Positions 58,600 to 64,000 of a DNA stretch of 64,000 nt are shown piece after piece (position 1 is the first letter of the stretch; each line of letters begins with the position of its first letter). Source of the stretch: Eledone cirrhosa (Eukaryota); assembly GCA_964016885.1 (NCBI GenBank), contig OZ024740.1:138136001-138200000 (forward strand), given 5' to 3'. The notes beneath the pieces are model-generated. The model worked only from the letters and a program-made list of their open reading frames with translations. It did no database searches and was not told where the DNA came from. The position numbers were made by a program, and so were the translations under genes.

Positions 58600-61500
58600 T
58601 CCCAATCTCCAATTCTCTCTGTTTCTTATCACTTTTCTCTCAATCTCCAATTCTCTCTTTCTCTTATCACTTTTCTCTCAATCTCCAATTCTCTATTTCT
58701 CTTATCACTTTTCTCTCAATCTCCAATTCTCTCTCTCTCTTATCACTTTCTCTCTCAATCTCCAATTCTCTCTTTTTCCTATCACTTTTCCCTCAATCTC
58801 CTATTCTCTCTTTCTCTTATCACTTTTCCCCCAATCTCCAATTCTCTCTTTCTCTTATCACTTTTCTCTCAATCTCCAATTCTCTCTTTCTCTTATCACT
58901 TTTCTCCCAATCTCCAATTCTCTCTGTTTCTTATCACTTTTCTCTCAATCCCCAATTCTCTCTTTCTCTTATCACTTTTCTCTCAATATCCAATTCTCTC
59001 TTTCTCTTATCACTTTTCTCTCAATCTCCAATTCTCTCTTTCTCTTATCACTTTTCTCCCAATCTCCAATTCTCTCTGTTTCTTATCACTTTTCTCTCAA
59101 TCTCCAATTCTCTCTCTCTCTTATCACTTTCTCTCTCAATCTCCAATTCTCTCTTTTTCTTATCACTTTTCCCTCAATCTCCAATTCTCTCTTTCTCTTA
59201 TCACTTTTCTCTCAATCTCCAATTCTCTCTTTCTCTTATCACTTTTCTCTCAATCTCCAATTCTCTCTTTCTCTTATCACTTTTCTCTCAATCTCCAATC
59301 CTCTCTTTCTCTTATCACTTTTCTCTCAATGTCAAATTCTCTCTGTTTCTTATCACTTTTCTCTCAATCTCCAATTCTCTCTTTCTCTTATCACTTTTCT
59401 CTCAATCTCCAATTCTCTCTTTCTCTTATCACTTTTCCCTCAATCTCCAATTCTCTCTTTCTCTTATCACTTTTCTCTCAATCTCCAATTCTCTCTTTCT
59501 CTTATGACTTTTCTCTCAATCACCAATTCTCTCTGTCTCTGATCACTTTTCACTCAATCTCCAATTCTCTCTTTCTCTTATCACTTTTCTCTCAATCTCC
59601 AATTCTCTCTTACTCTTATCACTTTTCTCTCAATCTCCAATTCTCTCTTACTCTTATCACTTTTCTCTCAATCTCCAATTCTCTTTTTCTCTTATCACTT
59701 TTCTCTCAATGTCCAATTCTCTCTGTTTCTCATCACTTTTCTCTCAATCTCCAATTCTCTCTTTCTCTTATCACTTTTCTCTCAATCTCCAATTCTCTTT
59801 TTCTCTTATCACTTTTCTCTCAATCTCCAATTCTCTCTGTTTCTTATCACTTTTCTCTCAATCTCCAATTCTCGCTTTCTCTTATCACTTTTCTCCCAAT
59901 CTCCAATTCTCTCTGTTTCTTATCACTTTTCTCTCAATCCCCAATTCTCTCTTTCTCTTATCACTTTTCTCTCAATATCCAATTCTCTCTTTCTCTTATC
60001 ACTTTTCTCTCAATCTCCAATTCTCTCTTTCTCTTATCACTTTTCTCCCAATCTCCAATTCTCTCTGTTTCTTATGACTTTTCTCTCAATCTCCAATTCT
60101 CTCTTTCTCTTATCACTTTTCTCTCAATCTCCAATTCTCTCTTTCTCTTATCACTTTTCTCTCAATCTCCAATTCTCTCTTTCTCTTATCACTTTTCTCT
60201 CAATCTCCAATTCTCTCTCTCTCTTATCACTTTCTCTGTCAATCTCCAATTCTCTCTTTTTCTTATCACTTTTCCCTCAATCTCCAATTCTCTCTTTCTC
60301 TTATCACTTTTCTCTCAATCTCCAATTCTCTCTTTCTCTTATCACTTTTCTCTCAATCTCCAATTCTCTCTTTCTCTTATCACTTTTCTCCCAATCTCCA
60401 ATTCTCTCTGTTTCTTATCACTTTTCTCTCAATCTCCAATTCTCTCTCTCTCTTATCACTTTCTCTCTCAATCTCCAATTCTCTCTTTTTCTTATCACTT
60501 TTCTCTCAATCTCCAATTCTCTCTTTCTCTTATCACTTTTCTCTCAATCTCCAATTCTCTCTTTCTCTTATCACTTTTCTCTCAATCTCCAATTCTCTCT
60601 CTCTCTTATCACTTTCTCTCTCAATCTCCAATTCTCTCTTTCTCTTATCACTTTTCTCTCAATATCCAATTCTCTCTCTCTCTTATCACTTTTCTCTCAA
60701 TCTCCAATTCTCTCTTTCTCTTATCACTTTTCTCCCAATCTCCAATTCTCTCTTTCTCTTATCACTTTTCTCTCAATCTCCAATTCTCTCTTTCTCTTAT
60801 GACTTTTCTCTCAATCACCAATTCTCTCTGTCTCTTATCACTTTTCTCTCAATCACCAATTCTCTCTGACTCTGATAACTTTTCTCTCAATCTCCAAATC
60901 TCTCTTTCTCTTATCACTTTTCTCTCAATCTCCAATTCTCTCTTACTCTTATCAGTTTTCTCTCAATCTCCAATTCTCTCTTTCTCTCATCACTTTTCTC
61001 TCAATCTCCAATTCTCTCTTTCTCTTATCACTTTTCTCTCAATCTCCAATTCTCTCTTTCTCTTATCACTTTTCTCTCAATCTCCAATTCTCTCTTTCTC
61101 TTATCACTTTTCTCTCAATCTCCAATTCTCTCTTTCTCTTATCACTTTTTTCTCAATCTCCAATTCTCTCTTTCTCTTATCACTTTTCTCTCAATCTCCA
61201 ATTCTCTCTTTCTCTTATCACTTTATTCTCAATCTCCAATTCTCTCTTTCTCTTATCACTTTTCTCTCAATCTCTAATTCTCTCTTTCTCTTATCACTTT
61301 TCTCTCAATCTCCAATTCTCTCTTTCTCTTATCACTTTTCTCTCAATCTCCAATTCTCTCTTTCTCTTATCACTTTTCTCTCAATCACCAATTCTCTCTG
61401 TCTCTTATCACTTTTCTCTCAATCACCAATTCTCTCTGACTCTGATAACTTTTCTCTCAATCTCCAAATCTCTCTTTCTCTTATCACTTTTCTCTCAATC

Positions 61501-63660
61501 TCCAATTCTCTCTTTCTCTTATCACTTTTCTCTCAATCTCCAATTCTCCCTTTCTCTTATCACTTTTCTCTCAATCTCCAATTCTCTCTTTTTCTTATCA
61601 CTTTTCTCTCAATCTCTAATTCTCTCTGTTTCTTATCACTTTTCTCTCAATCTCTAATTCTCTCTTTCTCTTATCACTTTCTCTCTCAATCTCCAATTCT
61701 CTCTTTTTTTTATCACTTTTCCCTCAATCTCCAATTCTCTCTTTCTCTTATCACTTTTCTCTCAATCTCCAATTCTCTCTTTCTCTTATCACTTTTCTCT
61801 AAAATCTCCAATTCTCTCTTTCTCTTATCACTTTTCTCTCAATCTCCAATTCTCTCTTTCTCTTATCACTTTTCTCTCAATCTCCAATTCTCTCTTTCTC
61901 TTATCACTTTTCTCCCAATCTCCAATTCTCTCTGTTTCTTATCACTTTTCTCTCAATCTCCAATTCTCTCTTTCTCTTATCACTTTTCTCTCAATCTCCA
62001 ATTCTCTATTTCTCTTATCACTTTTCTCTCAATCTCCAATTCTCTCTCTCTCTTATCACTTTCTCTCTCAATCTCCAATTCTCTCTTTTTCCTATCACTT
62101 TTCCCTCAATCTCCTATTCTCTCTTTCTCTTATCACTTTTCCCCCAATCTCCAATTCTCTCTTTCTCTTATCACTTTTCTCTCAATCTCCAATTCTCTCT
62201 TTCTCTTATCACTTTTCTCCCAATCTCCAATTCTCTCTGTTTCTTATCACTTTTCTCTCAATCCCCAATTCTCTCTTTCTCTTATCACTTTTCTCTCAAT
62301 ATCCAATTCTCTCTTTCTCTTATCACTTTTCTCTCAATCTCCAATTCTCTCTTTCTCTTATCACTTTTCTCCCAATCTCCAATTCTCTCTGTTTCTTATC
62401 ACTTTTCTCTCAATCTCCAATTCTCTCTCTCTCTTATCACTTTCTCTCTCAATCTCCAATTCTCTCTTTTTCTTATCACTTTTCCCTCAATCTCCAATTC
62501 TCTCTTTCTCTTATCACTTTTCTCTCAATCTCCAATTCTCTCTTTCTCTTATCACTTTTCTCTCAATCTCCAATTCTCTCTTTCTCTTATCACTTTTCTC
62601 TCAATCTCCAATCCTCTCTTTCTCTTATCACTTTTCTCTCAATGTCAAATTCTCTCTGTTTCTTATCACTTTTCTCTCAATCTCCAATTCTCTCTTTCTC
62701 TTATCACTTTTCTCTCAATCTCCAATTCTCTCTTTCTCTTATCACTTTTCCCTCAATCTCCAATTCTCTCTTTCTCTTATCACTTTTCTCTCAATCTCCA
62801 ATTCTCTCTTTCTCTTATGACTTTTCTCTCAATCACCAATTCTCTCTGTCTCTGATCACTTTTCACTCAATCTCCAATTCTCTCTTTCTCTTATCACTTT
62901 TCTCTCAATCTCCAATTCTCTCTTACTCTTATCACTTTTCTCTCAATCTCCAATTCTCTCTTACTCTTATCACTTTTCTCTCAATCTCCAATTCTCTTTT
63001 TCTCTTATCACTTTTCTCTCAATGTCCAATTCTCTCTGTTTCTCATCACTTTTCTCTCAATCTCCAATTCTCTCTTTCTCTTATCACTTTTCTCTCAATC
63101 TCCAATTCTCTTTTTCTCTTATCACTTTTCTCTCAATCTCCAATTCTCTCTGTTTCTTATCACTTTTCTCTCAATCTCCAATTCTCTCTTTCTCTTATCA
63201 CTTTTCTCCCAATCTCCAATTCTCTCTGTTTCTTATCACTTTTCTCTCAATCCCCAATTCTCTCTTTCTCTTATCACTTTTCTCTCAATATCCAATTCTC
63301 TCTTTCTCTTATCACTTTTCTCTCAATCTCCAATTCTCTCTTTCTCTTATCACTTTTCTCCCAATCTCCAATTCTCTCTGTTTCTTATGACTTTTCTCTC
63401 AATCTCCAATTCTCTCTTTCTCTTATCACTTTTCTCTCAATCTCCAATTCTCTCTTTCTCTTATCACTTTTCTCTCAATCTCCAATTCTCTCTTTCTCTT
63501 ATCACTTTTCTCTCAATCTCCAATTCTCTCTCTCTCTTATCACTTTCTCTGTCAATCTCCAATTCTCTCTTTTTCTTATCACTTTTCCCTCAATCTCCAA
63601 TTCTCTCTTTCTCTTATCACTTTTCTCTCAATCTCCAATTCTCTCTTTCTCTTATCACTT
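58600..63660 (+). repeat. Direct duplication of a ~1.75 kb block at offset 3313 (~58600-60350 and ~61900-63660)
   Basis: CTCTATTT 58695/62008, CTCCTATT 58802/62115, AATGTCAAA 59331/62644 and CTCTGTCAAT 60238/63551 all give offset 3313. ORFs 59709 and 63022 match. Confidence 0.9.
60800..61500 (+). repeat. Short block repeated at a 570-bp (15-monomer) offset
   Basis: The rare monomer CTCTGACTCTGATAAC followed by CCAAATCTC occurs at 60861-60900 and 61431-61470 and was not seen elsewhere. Confidence 0.85.
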
Positions 63661-64000
63661 TTCTCTCAATCTCCAATTCTCTCTTTCTCTTATCACTTTT
63701 CTCTCAATCTCCAATCCTCTCTTTCTCTTATCACTTTTCTCTCAATGTCCAATTCTCTCTGTTTCTTATCACTTTTCTCTCAATCTCCAATTCTCTCTTT
63801 CTCTTATCACTTTTCTCTCAATCTCCAATTCTCTCTTTCTCTTATCACTTTTCTCTCAATCTCCAATTCTCTCTTTCTCTTATCACTTTTCTCTCAATCT
63901 CCAATTCTCTCTCTCTCTTATCACTTTCTCTCTCAATCTCCAATTCTCTCTTTCTCTTATCACTTTTCTCTCAATATCCAATTCTCTCTCTCTCTTATCA

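Larger units (their letters stand above)
1..64000 (+). repeat. Tandem satellite array, 38-bp monomer (TTTTCTCTCAATCTCCAATTCTCTCTTTCTCTTATCAC), about 1,680 copies, single orientation, truncated by both window ends
   Basis: The monomer recurs every 38 bp from first to last base, typically with 0-3 substitutions per copy and occasional 36/37/39/40-bp length variants. Copy number is estimated as 64000/38. No non-repeat sequence was seen. Confidence 0.99.

Noticed and set aside
1189-63390. All ORFs in the supplied track as protein-coding genes (apparent membrane proteins)
   Set aside because: They overlap in all three frames with the same peptide, the repeat period is not a multiple of 3, starts and stops are sporadic satellite variants, 1-bp indels are tolerated, and no domain is recognisable.
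1-64000. Minus-strand R/E/K-rich coding repeat
   Set aside because: The reverse monomer GTGATAAGAGAAAGAGAGAATTGGAGATTGAGAGAAAA contains TGA-TAA and a second TGA, so every frame is stopped within three monomers under the standard code.
1-64000. CRISPR array (repeat length is in the CRISPR range)
   Set aside because: The monomers abut directly, with no unique spacers, leader or cas genes.
1-64000. Telomerase-synthesised telomeric repeat (suggested by the strand bias)
   Set aside because: There are no G runs longer than 2, the unit is longer than telomerase repeats I know, and multi-kb duplications of variant patterns indicate recombinational amplification. A subtelomeric location is not excluded.
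1-64000. Sequencing artefact or simple (CT)n microsatellite
   Set aside because: The complex 38-bp unit and rare variants reproduced at exact long-range offsets are not expected from random error or a simple repeat.
1-64000. Monomer as a 19+19 dimer, or a regular 4-5-monomer nucleosome-length higher-order repeat
   Set aside because: The two halves do not align beyond shared CT content (only a 7-bp CTCAAT/TCCAAT echo), and the variants show no consistent 152- or 190-bp period by eye.

Overview
The whole 64 kb window is one uninterrupted, head-to-tail satellite array of about 1,680 copies of a 38-bp monomer (consensus TTTTCTCTCAATCTCCAATTCTCTCTTTCTCTTATCAC; 19 T, 13 C, 6 A, 0 G). It runs off both window edges. 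I saw no unique sequence, strand switch, transposon, RNA gene or credible protein-coding gene. All listed ORFs are by-products of the repeat: the + strand consensus has no stop codon in any frame, and three monomers (114 bp) translate to one 38-aa unit. The real information is in the pattern of monomer variants. These form recurring multi-monomer modules, including a 7-monomer diverged cassette present in 13 full copies. They also reveal nested duplications with offsets of about 0.4-0.9 kb, 1.5-1.75 kb, 2.0 kb, 3.3 kb and 6.0-6.4 kb, including a recent triplication at about 29.9-48.1 kb. This looks like eukaryotic satellite DNA, but I cannot name the family, organism or chromosomal location. 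I found no evidence of a novel gene system. Block boundaries were read by eye and are approximate; the offsets come from diagnostic variant positions.
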